From the NCBI GenBank assembly GCA_030054135.1, contig JASGCN010000001.1, positions 18,013 to 82,012 of the forward strand: DNA of 64,000 nucleotides. Direction: 5' to 3'. The translations under genes and the position numbers were made by a program. The notes beneath the pieces are model-generated. The model did not search any database. It was not told the DNA's origin and saw nothing but the letters and a program-made list of their open reading frames with translations. The number at the start of each line of letters is the position of its first letter. The first letter of the stretch is position 1. Of the stretch, positions 21,438 through 32,149 are shown piece by piece. This DNA comes from Alphaproteobacteria bacterium. Lineage in GTDB: Bacteria > Patescibacteriota > Minisyncoccia > Phycocordibacterales > JABAAK01.

Positions 21438-21836
21438 ATGCAATATAAAGTGCCACAAAATCTTGATATTAAAGATACTGTCATTTTTGGCTTATCTTTT
21501 ATGCAAATGATATATCTTGGAGGAGCTATTGGCTTATTTATTCTTCTTGTTCTTTTTTTAGGATTTTTACCTGGGATTATTTTTAGTACACCTATAGCAA
21601 TACTTGCAGTTTTGTTTTCTTTTTATCAAATTAACAATCAAACATTTGTTACGATATTTCAAGCGATGCTTTTGTACGCATTTCGATCACGTCTATACAC
21701 ATGGCAAAGAAACAAAATTGACAACATTGAACCAAAAATATTTTTAGCGAAAAATGATTACGCCCCCGATGCTAAATATAAAACAAGTGTTCGTGTAGAA
21801 GATTTAAAAACATCTCTCGATTTTAATCCAGAATAA
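21438..21836 (+). CDS. PrgI-family (VirB3-like) membrane protein
   Basis: MQYKVPQNLDIKDTVIFGLSFMQ N-terminus, two TM helices, upstream of VirB4. Confidence 0.8.
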   Translation: MQYKVPQNLDIKDTVIFGLSFMQMIYLGGAIGLFILLVLFLGFLPGIIFSTPIAILAVLFSFYQINNQTFVTIFQAMLLYAFRSRLYTWQRNKIDNIEPKIFLAKNDYAPDAKYKTSVRVEDLKTSLDFNPE

Positions 21837-21839
21837 TCT

Positions 21840-22472
21840 ATGCCGCAGTCCACACAATCGTTTATTCCAATTAAAGAAATTCGTGACGGTATCATAGTGC
21901 ATGATGATGGAAGTCTTTCTGCTATTGTTCTTGTCTCTGCTATGAACTTTGATTTAAAATCTGCAGATGAACAACAAGCGACCTTATATCAATTTCAATC
22001 TCTCATTAATTCACTTGAATCTTCTACTCAAATTATTGTGCAGTCTCGCAGAGTAGACCTGAAAGAGTACCTTACATACTTACAAGAATTGTATGAGAAA
22101 CAAACAAATGATTTACTTCGTCTGCAAACAAAAGAATATATTGTATTTATAAAAAAATTTTTAGAGACGCATGATATTATGTCTAAACGATTTTTTGTTG
22201 TATTGCAATACGTTCCTCTATCAATAAAACAGGGGTTTACATCTCTATTTACATCTACACCATCAAAAAATAATGATGCAAATGCAATAGAAAAATCTTT
22301 TGAAGAAGCAAAAACTCAACTGGTACAAAGAATATCATTCGTGCAAAGTAATGTTCGATCATTAGGGTTGCGCGCAGTAATGCTCGATACTGAAGAAGCA
22401 ATTGAAACTTTTTATCAAACTTTTAATCCGGGAGACACTCAATCGCCTAAACAAAAAATTTCTGCAGAATAG
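21840..22472 (+). CDS. VirB4-associated T4SS protein
   Basis: IKEIRDGIIV...NFDLKSADEQ signature; lies between PrgI and VirB4. Confidence 0.65.
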   Translation: MPQSTQSFIPIKEIRDGIIVHDDGSLSAIVLVSAMNFDLKSADEQQATLYQFQSLINSLESSTQIIVQSRRVDLKEYLTYLQELYEKQTNDLLRLQTKEYIVFIKKFLETHDIMSKRFFVVLQYVPLSIKQGFTSLFTSTPSKNNDANAIEKSFEEAKTQLVQRISFVQSNVRSLGLRAVMLDTEEAIETFYQTFNPGDTQSPKQKISAE

Positions 22473-22489
22473 CTCTATACTATAGATAT

Positions 22490-24244
22490 ATGCCAACATC
22501 TGCGTCGGACTACCAAACATTTTCAAGTGGAGGGAACATATCCATTAGAGATATTCTTGCCCCAATGTCTATTAAAATAAACACGAAACACATTGAGCTT
22601 GGGGATAAAGTTGCTCGTACACTTTCTATTGTGTCATACCCTCGTTTTCTTAATAATGGCTGGCTTTCGCCAATTATTAATCTAAGTAGAGAATTTGATT
22701 TATGTATTTTTATACACCCGATTGATTCGAGAGATATCTTACGCCAATTTAGAAAAAAAGTTGCTCAAGTAGAAAGTCAAATTATTGATAGAGAGCGTCA
22801 TGGGCTTGTACGAGATCCACAACTTGATGTTGCTTTTAAAGATATTGAAGAACTTCGTAATAGCATACAACAAGCAACTGAAAAAATATTTAATGTTGGT
22901 GTATACATCACCATATATGCAGATACCGTTGAAAATTTAAATAGAACAGAGCAGGATATCCGAGCAGTACTTGAAGGAAGACTTATTTTTGTAAAGCCAA
23001 CTCTCTTTCAACAAGAAAAAGGATTTCAATCAACTACACCGCTTGGAGTAGATTCTCTTGAGATACATACAAAATTAAACACTGAACCCCTATCTAGTTT
23101 TTTTCCTTTTATTTCTTTTGATCTTTCTTCAGATAAGGGGATCCTTTACGGCATTAACCGTCACAATGCTTCTCTAATTCTTTTTGATCGTTTTTCTTTG
23201 CCAAACTATAACTCTGTTACTTTTGCAACTTCTGGAGCAGGAAAATCATACGCTATGAAACTTGAAATTATTCGTTCTCTTATGTTTGGAACTGATGTTA
23301 TTGTAATAGATCCAGAAAATGAATTTCGAAAACTTGCCATTGCTACAGGGGGGAAAACTTTTGATGTTTCTCTTAGTTCTGAAAGTCATATTAATCCTTT
23401 TGATCTCCCTACGCTTACCGAAGATGAATCTCTTTCTGATGCATTAAGAAACAATGTTATAAATCTTGTAGGACTATTTCGAGTTCTTCTTGGTGGACTC
23501 ACAGCTGAAGAAGAGTCTATTATTGATAGAGCAATAAATGAAACCTATGCTCTTAAAGATGTCACACCAGATATTGAAACTTTTGAAGGCCTAGAACCAC
23601 CACTTCTTTCTGATTTTGCAGTAGTACTTGCAGGTATTGAAGGAGGGAAAAATATAACATCTCGATTAAGTCGATATGTTACTGGTTCATGGTCTGGTTT
23701 TATGAATCAGCCAACAAATATAGACATCAATAAACAATTTATTGTATTTTCAATTCGTGATATGGAAGCAGATTTAAAACCTGCGGGTATGTATATTATT
23801 ACTCGCTATATTTGGAATCATGTACGAAAAACACTAAAAAAGAGGCTTCTCGTCGTGGATGAAGCGTGGGTTATGATGCAATCTGAAGACACGGCCCAAT
23901 TTTTATATGGGCTTGTTAAACGAGGAAGAAAATACTATCTCGGTGTTGGAACCATTACACAAGATGTGGGAGATTTTCTTAAAAGTCAATATGGAAAAGC
24001 AATACTTACGAACTCATCTCTTGTGTTGCTTCTAAGACAGTCCCCCACCACCATTGATCTTGTAAAAGAAACATTCAATCTCACAGAAAATGAAAAATAT
24101 CTTTTACTTGAATCTGATGTGGGAGAAGGACTTTTTATTGCGGGGCTTAAACGGGTTGCAATAAAAATTATTAGTTCATACACAGAAAATCAAATTATCA
24201 CCACAGATCCAAGTCAACTTGTACAAAAAATAAATAATGCCTAA
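22490..24244 (+). CDS. virB4: VirB4/TraE-like T4SS ATPase
   Basis: Walker A ATSGAGKS, IDPENEF, INPFD, Walker B LLVVDEAW, KRGRKY, ITQDV. Confidence 0.9.
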   Translation: MPTSASDYQTFSSGGNISIRDILAPMSIKINTKHIELGDKVARTLSIVSYPRFLNNGWLSPIINLSREFDLCIFIHPIDSRDILRQFRKKVAQVESQIIDRERHGLVRDPQLDVAFKDIEELRNSIQQATEKIFNVGVYITIYADTVENLNRTEQDIRAVLEGRLIFVKPTLFQQEKGFQSTTPLGVDSLEIHTKLNTEPLSSFFPFISFDLSSDKGILYGINRHNASLILFDRFSLPNYNSVTFATSGAGKSYAMKLEIIRSLMFGTDVIVIDPENEFRKLAIATGGKTFDVSLSSESHINPFDLPTLTEDESLSDALRNNVINLVGLFRVLLGGLTAEEESIIDRAINETYALKDVTPDIETFEGLEPPLLSDFAVVLAGIEGGKNITSRLSRYVTGSWSGFMNQPTNIDINKQFIVFSIRDMEADLKPAGMYIITRYIWNHVRKTLKKRLLVVDEAWVMMQSEDTAQFLYGLVKRGRKYYLGVGTITQDVGDFLKSQYGKAILTNSSLVLLLRQSPTTIDLVKETFNLTENEKYLLLESDVGEGLFIAGLKRVAIKIISSYTENQIITTDPSQLVQKINNA

Positions 24245-24626
24245 GCCAGCCCAAAAAAAAGAAAGCGACGGTGGTTCTTTACTTGGAAAATATTTTGTTG
24301 GGTGTTTTTACATAGTGCATACTATTATTGGATCAATGATATCTTCCTTGCTCATGGCAGGAGGTGTAGCATTAATCACTGGTATATTGACTTTATTCAT
24401 TGGTATTCCAGTATTTATGCTAGGATATATTTTGCGGATTACCATGGCAGTAATTACTTTTTTTATATTTTTTACAATAATGATTGCAGACAATAGACTG
24501 AGTTTTAATTTGGTTATACGACTTATACTTGGATTTGTTATTGAGTTAGCGCCTACACCAATATTTCTGTCGTCATATACACATTTTTTTATTTCCTACG
24601 TATTTCTATCCAAAACAAAAAAATAA
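24237..24626 (+). CDS. Small multi-pass membrane protein
   Basis: Highly hydrophobic 129-aa ORF overlapping the virB4 stop. Confidence 0.7.
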   Translation: MPKPAQKKESDGGSLLGKYFVGCFYIVHTIIGSMISSLLMAGGVALITGILTLFIGIPVFMLGYILRITMAVITFFIFFTIMIADNRLSFNLVIRLILGFVIELAPTPIFLSSYTHFFISYVFLSKTKK

Positions 24627-24653
24627 TTCCTGCACGATGGCTATACTAGAGAT

Positions 24654-25814
24654 ATGCATATGTTTCTAAAAAATAGCCTGGGTGTACTTTTTATAATTTG
24701 CATATGTATATGGAGCGCGTATCATGTGCATGCACAAGTTCCTTCTGCATTTGCTGATGATCCTACACAAGCAACTGATGATTCGAATCGTCTTGATGAA
24801 TTAAAAAATATTGAAAATGGTGAAGGATTAAATGTGCAACAAGATTCAGATTCTTGTAATAGCGCTGACCCCTTATACAATGAATACTGTAGAACATTAA
24901 ACAATTTGGAAGATACTCACCCTGCATACACCTTAGAAACTGATCCTCCATTTCCAGAACCGAACACTTCGGCAAATGTGTCTATTAAAGCAGGGGCTAT
25001 GAGTGTTGATAATATTCAATCAGTTGAGTGGACAGTTCGTGGAAAAACATTTACCTCCCGTAGTACAAATACTGTTGTTTCTATAAATGATCTTGATGAT
25101 CAAACAACAGTCAAAGCACGGGTGTTCCATTATACTGATGCAGGATTAGTTGAATATAAAAAAATACTTACACTCACACTTACTCCCATGATATTTGATT
25201 TACATTGGGAAGGAAAAACTGTAGTGCCACCACTATATGAAGGAGTTAAATATATGGGGCCAAATACTGATGTTCAAGTACAGGCATACATTCGATTACT
25301 TCAAAATAATATTCTTTACACAGAAAAAGATTTTAATTTTCGATGGGAAAGAGAATCACTTCCTCATATTTCAAAAGGAGCAACTGCCATAGTCTCTGGA
25401 ACTGATTATACTTCATCTCCATTGCGCGTCGCCTGTTTTATAAAATTTAAATATGGAGACCTTTCTTTTGATAAGAGCATTCAAATACCGATTGTAAACC
25501 CATATTCAGTGATATATCAACAAGACAATCTTAATGGGAAAAACCACCTCACGCTACAAAAAAATTCAACTATTGCTAACAGATTCACTTTATTATCTTT
25601 TTATCCACTCTACACCAATGTGGATTCTTTTGTTCAAGGACTCAATACATACGAATGGGATATTGCTGGGAATAAAAAAAATCAAAAAAGAACTGTACGT
25701 ATAGAGAGTAGTGGCGAAGGAACTGTTGGGATAGGTATTTTTATGACACCCGGAAAAGAAAGTGATTTTCTTCAAAGTGTAGACCAGTCACTTTCATTAA
25801 ACTTTGTTCAATAA
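24654..25814 (+). CDS. Exported beta-rich (Ig/PKD-like) hypothetical protein
   Basis: Signal peptide (VHA-Q); recurring EWT/FRW/YEW beta-sandwich-like motifs. Confidence 0.7.
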   Translation: MHMFLKNSLGVLFIICICIWSAYHVHAQVPSAFADDPTQATDDSNRLDELKNIENGEGLNVQQDSDSCNSADPLYNEYCRTLNNLEDTHPAYTLETDPPFPEPNTSANVSIKAGAMSVDNIQSVEWTVRGKTFTSRSTNTVVSINDLDDQTTVKARVFHYTDAGLVEYKKILTLTLTPMIFDLHWEGKTVVPPLYEGVKYMGPNTDVQVQAYIRLLQNNILYTEKDFNFRWERESLPHISKGATAIVSGTDYTSSPLRVACFIKFKYGDLSFDKSIQIPIVNPYSVIYQQDNLNGKNHLTLQKNSTIANRFTLLSFYPLYTNVDSFVQGLNTYEWDIAGNKKNQKRTVRIESSGEGTVGIGIFMTPGKESDFLQSVDQSLSLNFVQ

Positions 25815-25846
25815 ATTCAATGTAGTCGTGTTACACTATCATTAAC

Positions 25847-28800
25847 ATGCCATTACAACAAATACTTCGAAGCGTATTAGTGTGCATATATTTATGTGTT
25901 TTTGTCATATTCATTTTTATTAATTATACTCATGCAGAAATTTCAACAACTGATCAATCAGGCTCCGAAAAAGATTTAATTTCAATAGGAGATGTTCCAG
26001 AAGAAAGATATTTCACAGAAATATTTAAAAATAAATTTAATCTAGATTTGCAAAAAGAAGGTTCTGATGAAATGAAAAAAAAAGACCAGTTTACTAAATT
26101 TAAAGATTTATTAGTTACATTTTTAAAAATAATTCTTGCCATATCTGCAGCCATAGTAACAATAAGAATAATGATTACTGGCATTAAAACGCTTAGTGCA
26201 GGGTACTCAGGAAATGTTGGGAATCTTGTTAACGCACTTTCTGAATTTAAAAAATCTATTTTTGCAGTATTTGTTCTTGCGATTTCTATTCCAGCAGTTG
26301 AATACATCCACGGAAAACTTGTTCCTCGAGATCTTTATTCTGGACAAATCGCCACCACAACCACCACCACGAGCGCTAAAAAGGCCTCGCCATCAACAGG
26401 AACACCAAATGGAAATTCTCAACCTACCTCTACAACTCCATTATCTAACAATAATGATTCTTCAAGCGCACCAACCTCTCCTCCTTCTGAAAAATCTCTT
26501 TCTATCCGTGCTCAATGGATGATTGAAGAAACTTCTGGTAAAAATGAGGAAGAGAAGGAAGCTATAAGAAAAGATTTTGTAGACGCAGTATCCAAGGCAA
26601 TAGAAAATTGCAAAACACTAAGTACAAATAATAATTGTACAATACTTACAAAGTATGCCGACGGCGATGCAAAAATTCCGATAGAAGAACAGAAACAATA
26701 CAAAGACGTTTTAACTAATGCTTATAACATATACATATTTAATAAAAGTCAAAATATAAAACCTAATGAAACTATTACAACGACTACATCTACCCGTGGT
26801 AGTCCTAAAGTACCAAATGTACAAACCAAAAGCATTACAAATCCAGCAGCAACAGAATTACAAAATATTGCCCTTAGTGATATTTCACTCAATCCTAGTA
26901 ATTCTCTTTCTGGGAAAACGGCTGGTTCCATTATTAACAATGCTTTAATTTCTGGAGTCGAACGATCAGAAATACAAAGATTAGAAGATTTATATAACAC
27001 GGCAGTTAAAGAATTAAACAGCGGAAAAGTTGAAACGATTGCACAAGAAAGGCGCGCTCTTTTTGAGAAAATTGCAAATATGAAGCCAACATATGAACAA
27101 CCGAAAACTGCTACGTCTGTAGATATACCAGGTATCCCATCCATTCTTCTTCAAAAAAATAATCCTCTACCACTCAAAATACCAGGTAGTATACAGATAC
27201 CCGACAGATTAGGTGCTGTACAAGATACTGCACGATCCTCTCAGTCCTCTAGTGTTTTTACTCAAGAAAAGGCTCCAACAATTAATGGCCAGACAAGTAT
27301 AAATATAGATAAAAAAGTTAACATCATAATGCCTTTGAATAATAACCCTAGTTCATTACCAATTCTTTCTACTCTTTCTACAAAAAATATATCCTCAAGT
27401 ACTCCTGAAACAATCAATGGGGAAAATACTTTAATTAGTCAAGTGGATATAAATAAATGGCAGACAGAACAAATAGCGACTGCAAGAGCAGAAATCGAAC
27501 AAGATAAAATAGTTGAAAAACAGAAAGTTCAAACTGCTGTTGCAAGAGCAGAAATAGCACTCGAAAAAGCAAATGAAGAGTACAAAAAAAATTCAACAAA
27601 TGAAAATAAAGCATTGGTACAAAACGCAAAAGAAGCTCTTGCTGAGGCTCGTGTACAAGCACAAGAATTTGGTATCCTTGAAGCAATTGATAGAAAAAAC
27701 GAGGGGTTTGGTTCTATTATTGAAATTCCCGATTACGGAGATTATTTCCCCAATGACAAAACAGTCAGAGATGCTTTTTTTGAAAAAGAAAGAGCACAAA
27801 TGAAAGCATTTGAAGAAGCATCAAATGCTCTAGAGGAAAAAAGAAAAATTGCAATTAAAAATGGGAATACAAAAATGGCGAATGATATTGTAAAAGAACA
27901 AAGAAAATTATTTAACGATTACAACACAAAATTAGAAACAATTGTGAATGACGCAAAAAATAAAGATGACATAATCGCTTTTTCATTAGCAAGAGAGGAA
28001 AAAGAAAAAAAAGAAACTCTTCAAACAAATTCAAATACATGGTTTGATTCAATAAAAGGTTTTTTTTCTCCAAAAAAAGATGAGCCTGCTCCATCTGCTC
28101 CAATTGTCCTTACAAAACAGAATATAACAAATACTCCCACCTCACAAGAATATGCGAATAATAAATCTGTAGCCACAACAAATGTATCAGCCGGGGTTAT
28201 TAAAAGAGAAACACCTAACAGCGCAACTCCTATAAATATAAATAGAGAAAATCTTTCAAATATTCAATCACTTCCACAAGTTAATTCACTCGCTTTGCCA
28301 ACACCAAAAGATATACCTAATTTAAAAGTGCATTCTGCGCCACCAGAGAAAAGATCTACACCACAAAACAATGAGAAAAAAGTACTCACACAAAATAACC
28401 CACAGGACTTTTCGCAATCAATACTATCACCACCTAACTCATTTTTTGGAAACATTGTCAATGTAACACAGAATTTAGGATGTAGTACAGGTATACAAAT
28501 ACTTTGTACTACAAATAATATAAACACTAAAACGGCCCCCACAACACAAAAAACACAAACGGAACCTATATCTATTACAGAAACAGATTTGAAAAATATA
28601 ACAACCCCCAACAATCAAAAGATATCTTTTACACAGCAAAATGTGAACTATGAGAAACAATATACACCTACACGAGCATTCGACACTATAAAAAACATAG
28701 GAAAAGAAATAGACAAAAAAAATATCACCAAAGAAGATAGAGCATACGTATTGGATATTTTAAAAAAAACGAAAGATCTTGACACAATACAAGCAAAAGA

Positions 28801-29908
28801 ATTTCCTAAAGAAGTTGGTATATTGCTTGGTAATATTCTAGATACAAACATACCAGTAGAATTACTCTCTAACAATTTTTTAACGGCCGTTGCTGACAGA
28901 GCACGCGAGTATTATAACCCTAAGGGCGTTCCCTCAGTAGGAGCTATGGTAGAGGATTTACTGCCGAGACTGTCTTTTAAACAAATTTATGATTTAGAGC
29001 AAAAAAGAATTTCAAATCCCAATTGGGTAAAAAATTCAGAAGCGTTAGCATACAGTGTTGGTGAGACTTACCGTAAAGCCAAAAAAGATGTTTTAGACGA
29101 AAATATTACCAGTGATGCTACTTTTTGGCCCGGGCAGAATGAAAGACTATCATTAAATTCAGACGATGAGAAAACATATCTAACCTTATATGCCAATGGT
29201 CAAAAAGATAAAGCATACGAATATAGAGATAATATTTTTAAAGAATTAAATTCATACATACTTGAAAATGGAGGTACTGATACATTAACAAAAGAACAAA
29301 AACAAATATTTAGCGCATATATACGCGAAGGTATTTCAGCTGCGGCACAAGAGACAAACAGCATAAAACAAGCCAAAGAAAACACAAAACAAGTCAATGA
29401 AAACAATACACGAGCAGTCAAAGACTTTTATCTAGAAAAAGCAAATGGGGAACGAATTTATTTTGATGGAAATGGAAAATATAATAATCGTTTAAATTAT
29501 TTTTCACAACAAATAGAATTTAAAAAAAATGAGAAAACTGGAAAAATAATATCAAATATTACCATAGATAACTTAACTCCTAAAGACAGAGAACAATATA
29601 CAGATGACATTGATTCTATAAAGAGAAACCGCAACAACTATGATCAAGTAGTAAATGTGCAATTGCGAACAGTGGAGTATAGATTAAAACCTGAATACCG
29701 TAAATATGAGAACATATCGACAGAGACTATTCAAGCAGAAAATAACATACGAGCTCAAGAATCAATTAAAAAATTAAATACTATTCTTTTGAAACATATT
29801 GAGAATGGAGTACTCAATAAAAATGGTGAAAAACTATATTCACTATACAAAAATGGCGAAGCTTCAATTGATGATCTAAATGAATATTCAGACGCTATTA
29901 AAAAATAA
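25847..29908 (+). CDS. Giant exported protein with N-terminal TrbC/VirB2 pilin-like domain
   Basis: 1353 aa; signal peptide, then two hydrophobic helices separated by GIKTLSAGYSGN...ALSEFK; long S/T/P/N-rich and coiled-coil extension. Confidence 0.75.
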   Translation: MPLQQILRSVLVCIYLCVFVIFIFINYTHAEISTTDQSGSEKDLISIGDVPEERYFTEIFKNKFNLDLQKEGSDEMKKKDQFTKFKDLLVTFLKIILAISAAIVTIRIMITGIKTLSAGYSGNVGNLVNALSEFKKSIFAVFVLAISIPAVEYIHGKLVPRDLYSGQIATTTTTTSAKKASPSTGTPNGNSQPTSTTPLSNNNDSSSAPTSPPSEKSLSIRAQWMIEETSGKNEEEKEAIRKDFVDAVSKAIENCKTLSTNNNCTILTKYADGDAKIPIEEQKQYKDVLTNAYNIYIFNKSQNIKPNETITTTTSTRGSPKVPNVQTKSITNPAATELQNIALSDISLNPSNSLSGKTAGSIINNALISGVERSEIQRLEDLYNTAVKELNSGKVETIAQERRALFEKIANMKPTYEQPKTATSVDIPGIPSILLQKNNPLPLKIPGSIQIPDRLGAVQDTARSSQSSSVFTQEKAPTINGQTSINIDKKVNIIMPLNNNPSSLPILSTLSTKNISSSTPETINGENTLISQVDINKWQTEQIATARAEIEQDKIVEKQKVQTAVARAEIALEKANEEYKKNSTNENKALVQNAKEALAEARVQAQEFGILEAIDRKNEGFGSIIEIPDYGDYFPNDKTVRDAFFEKERAQMKAFEEASNALEEKRKIAIKNGNTKMANDIVKEQRKLFNDYNTKLETIVNDAKNKDDIIAFSLAREEKEKKETLQTNSNTWFDSIKGFFSPKKDEPAPSAPIVLTKQNITNTPTSQEYANNKSVATTNVSAGVIKRETPNSATPININRENLSNIQSLPQVNSLALPTPKDIPNLKVHSAPPEKRSTPQNNEKKVLTQNNPQDFSQSILSPPNSFFGNIVNVTQNLGCSTGIQILCTTNNINTKTAPTTQKTQTEPISITETDLKNITTPNNQKISFTQQNVNYEKQYTPTRAFDTIKNIGKEIDKKNITKEDRAYVLDILKKTKDLDTIQAKEFPKEVGILLGNILDTNIPVELLSNNFLTAVADRAREYYNPKGVPSVGAMVEDLLPRLSFKQIYDLEQKRISNPNWVKNSEALAYSVGETYRKAKKDVLDENITSDATFWPGQNERLSLNSDDEKTYLTLYANGQKDKAYEYRDNIFKELNSYILENGGTDTLTKEQKQIFSAYIREGISAAAQETNSIKQAKENTKQVNENNTRAVKDFYLEKANGERIYFDGNGKYNNRLNYFSQQIEFKKNEKTGKIISNITIDNLTPKDREQYTDDIDSIKRNRNNYDQVVNVQLRTVEYRLKPEYRKYENISTETIQAENNIRAQESIKKLNTILLKHIENGVLNKNGEKLYSLYKNGEASIDDLNEYSDAIKK

Positions 29909-29917
29909 ATTAAAACA

Positions 29918-30769
29918 TCATCTATTCAAATTATTTCTTTCGTCCCATTGATTTTTCCCGTCTTTCAGTAATTGAATAACCTTTTCCCAGTATGTAGAAT
30001 AAAAAGTTGATAAGTATGTATAAGAAGAAGAGATAAGAAGAGATTGTTCTATTTTGAACTGAAACTGAAGAGGATCATGTAAAGAATTAGAGATATCTAT
30101 ATTGTACTCTTCTTTAATTTTTTTAGTAACGATATGTGTAATAAATATAGAAAATAATTTGAATTGTTCTTTAGAAAAATCGTTTGGAGATATCAGTGCA
30201 GGCATTGTTTGTACCAGATGTTGTTCTTCTGTAGATAGCGCAGTTTCACCTATTGCTTTTTTTGCAATTGCTACAAAATCTTCAATAGAATAACTTTTCT
30301 CTCCATTGGTATACATAGTAATTCCTTTTAACACATACGCACGATGCCAATAAAGAAAATTTAATTCTAATTCTTTTTCATATTTTTTTATACATTCTTT
30401 CGCTTCTTTGTGATATTGAAAATTATTTTTTTCATTACTAATATAAGACAAAACATATTCTATTCCAATAGAAAATATTAATTGTATATTTTTATTGTAT
30501 GTTTCGTTATTTTCCAAATGAAACATTTTTTGTAAAGCATTTAATTCTTCTAGATTTTGTTGCATAAGATATTTTTCTTTATACAAAAAATCATGTATTT
30601 CTTTGTATGTAGGAGGGATATACTCATTATCAATATCATTGTTTTTATTTGCTTGTGCATGTACTGCCATTCCTAACAATATTGGAAGTATAAATGTATT
30701 AATAAAAGCTGAAGAGGGACTTTTTTTTTCTTTATTCTTAGGATATTTCATATATGTACATAATAACAC
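29918..30769 (-). CDS. Hypothetical AT-rich exported/helical protein
   Basis: 283-aa ORF with N-terminal hydrophobic segment (..AVHA-Q); convergent with the giant ORF. Confidence 0.65.
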   Translation of the reverse strand: MLLCTYMKYPKNKEKKSPSSAFINTFILPILLGMAVHAQANKNNDIDNEYIPPTYKEIHDFLYKEKYLMQQNLEELNALQKMFHLENNETYNKNIQLIFSIGIEYVLSYISNEKNNFQYHKEAKECIKKYEKELELNFLYWHRAYVLKGITMYTNGEKSYSIEDFVAIAKKAIGETALSTEEQHLVQTMPALISPNDFSKEQFKLFSIFITHIVTKKIKEEYNIDISNSLHDPLQFQFKIEQSLLISSSYTYLSTFYSTYWEKVIQLLKDGKNQWDERNNLNR

Positions 30770-30778
30770 GGTATACTA

Positions 30779-32149
30779 ATGTTATATCTTTATTTTTATA
30801 TGTTAAATGACCCTCTTTCGCAAACACCCGTACCACAAAATACAAATGATGAAAAAAAAGAAAAGCGTGTTACCATTGCGTCTGTTATTGCATTGTTGAT
30901 ATTGCTAGGATTAATAGCAATATTTTTTTTCTTTTTTTACAATAAAGATAAAACCAGCCAGCAAATAAATGAAAAAAAAACCGCAGGAACTCTCACCAGT
31001 GGCGAAGTTGTCCCCCAACTTAATCTTGATGATTTGTATAAAAAAACTCCTGACTATATACCTGATGAAGATATAGTATCAACTGCTCCGGATAGATCCC
31101 AAACATCTGCCAAGCCCCCCATCACACTTCCAATACCGCTTGTATTTAAAATATTCGATGGTCCTACCGCAGGATATAAAATACGAGAAGATACGGCTGG
31201 TATTACTCGAATAGACATAGTTGAAGGAGGCAGTGGTACACGATATTCAACACCACTTTTCCCCCCTGCGATATCTCGCGTTGGGGGAGGAGAGGTTACT
31301 CGTGTAAAAAAGGCACATATTTTTGATGCAAACAAAGTTCTTCTTATTTACGAAAATCAAAGTGATGAATTGCAAACAAATTCTGCATTTGTTCCTTTTA
31401 ATACGCTACAATCACAGGGCATAGAATTATTCTTAAAAAATATAAAAGCAACCACTAACAATGCAAATAAACTATTCTATTTACAAAAAACCCCTGACGG
31501 TTCTATTGGTGGTGTCATTGACGCTACTGATGCAAAATCGAAAACAATTATTTGGAAAAATGCAATTACACAATGGAATATACAGTGGGGGAATAATGAT
31601 CTCATTACTATAAAAACCCCACTCAGTGAAACACTAAGTAGTTTTGTATACCGTGCAGATCCAAATGGTATTAAACCGACAAAACGTACCCACGGAAGAG
31701 TATTGGGCACTTCAATTCTTTATCACGACGAACAAAACACTTCTGTGCAAAATTATATTTTAAATAAAAAATTTGTAACTGAAATAAAAACTCCTGAACA
31801 AAGTACTTGGGCGATTGAAACTACATTGCCAGAAAAATGTGCCGGTTACAAAGCTGTTTTTATTTGTGGATTACCCATTTATCTTCCTCAAATAACAAGA
31901 TCTGGGAATCCATTTGTATTCCCAGATTCATGGTATTTAGGAGATGCGACATTTGATGATATTATTATTCTTTTTGATAGTACCACAAAACAAAGATACG
32001 AATTGGTGAACCCAGATTCTACTACAGTTCAAAATCTTACCGATTCTGCACGATTTGATATTGTCGATCCGTACATTTCAAAAAAACTTACATTTTTCTT
32101 TTTCATTAACAATGTGGATCTCTCTTTATGGGCGGTTCGTTTGCAGTAA
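30779..32149 (+). CDS. Membrane-anchored hypothetical protein, probably beta-propeller-like
   Basis: TM near N-terminus, TLPEKC..FICGLP, C-terminal FFINNVDLSLWAV; start may be ATG 30800. Confidence 0.7.
   Translation: MLYLYFYMLNDPLSQTPVPQNTNDEKKEKRVTIASVIALLILLGLIAIFFFFFYNKDKTSQQINEKKTAGTLTSGEVVPQLNLDDLYKKTPDYIPDEDIVSTAPDRSQTSAKPPITLPIPLVFKIFDGPTAGYKIREDTAGITRIDIVEGGSGTRYSTPLFPPAISRVGGGEVTRVKKAHIFDANKVLLIYENQSDELQTNSAFVPFNTLQSQGIELFLKNIKATTNNANKLFYLQKTPDGSIGGVIDATDAKSKTIIWKNAITQWNIQWGNNDLITIKTPLSETLSSFVYRADPNGIKPTKRTHGRVLGTSILYHDEQNTSVQNYILNKKFVTEIKTPEQSTWAIETTLPEKCAGYKAVFICGLPIYLPQITRSGNPFVFPDSWYLGDATFDDIIILFDSTTKQRYELVNPDSTTVQNLTDSARFDIVDPYISKKLTFFFFINNVDLSLWAVRLQ

Noticed and set aside
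13502-32149. virB4 region as an integrative conjugative element
   Set aside because: No integrase, relaxase, coupling protein or boundary repeats were recognised, and the promoter style matches the host genes
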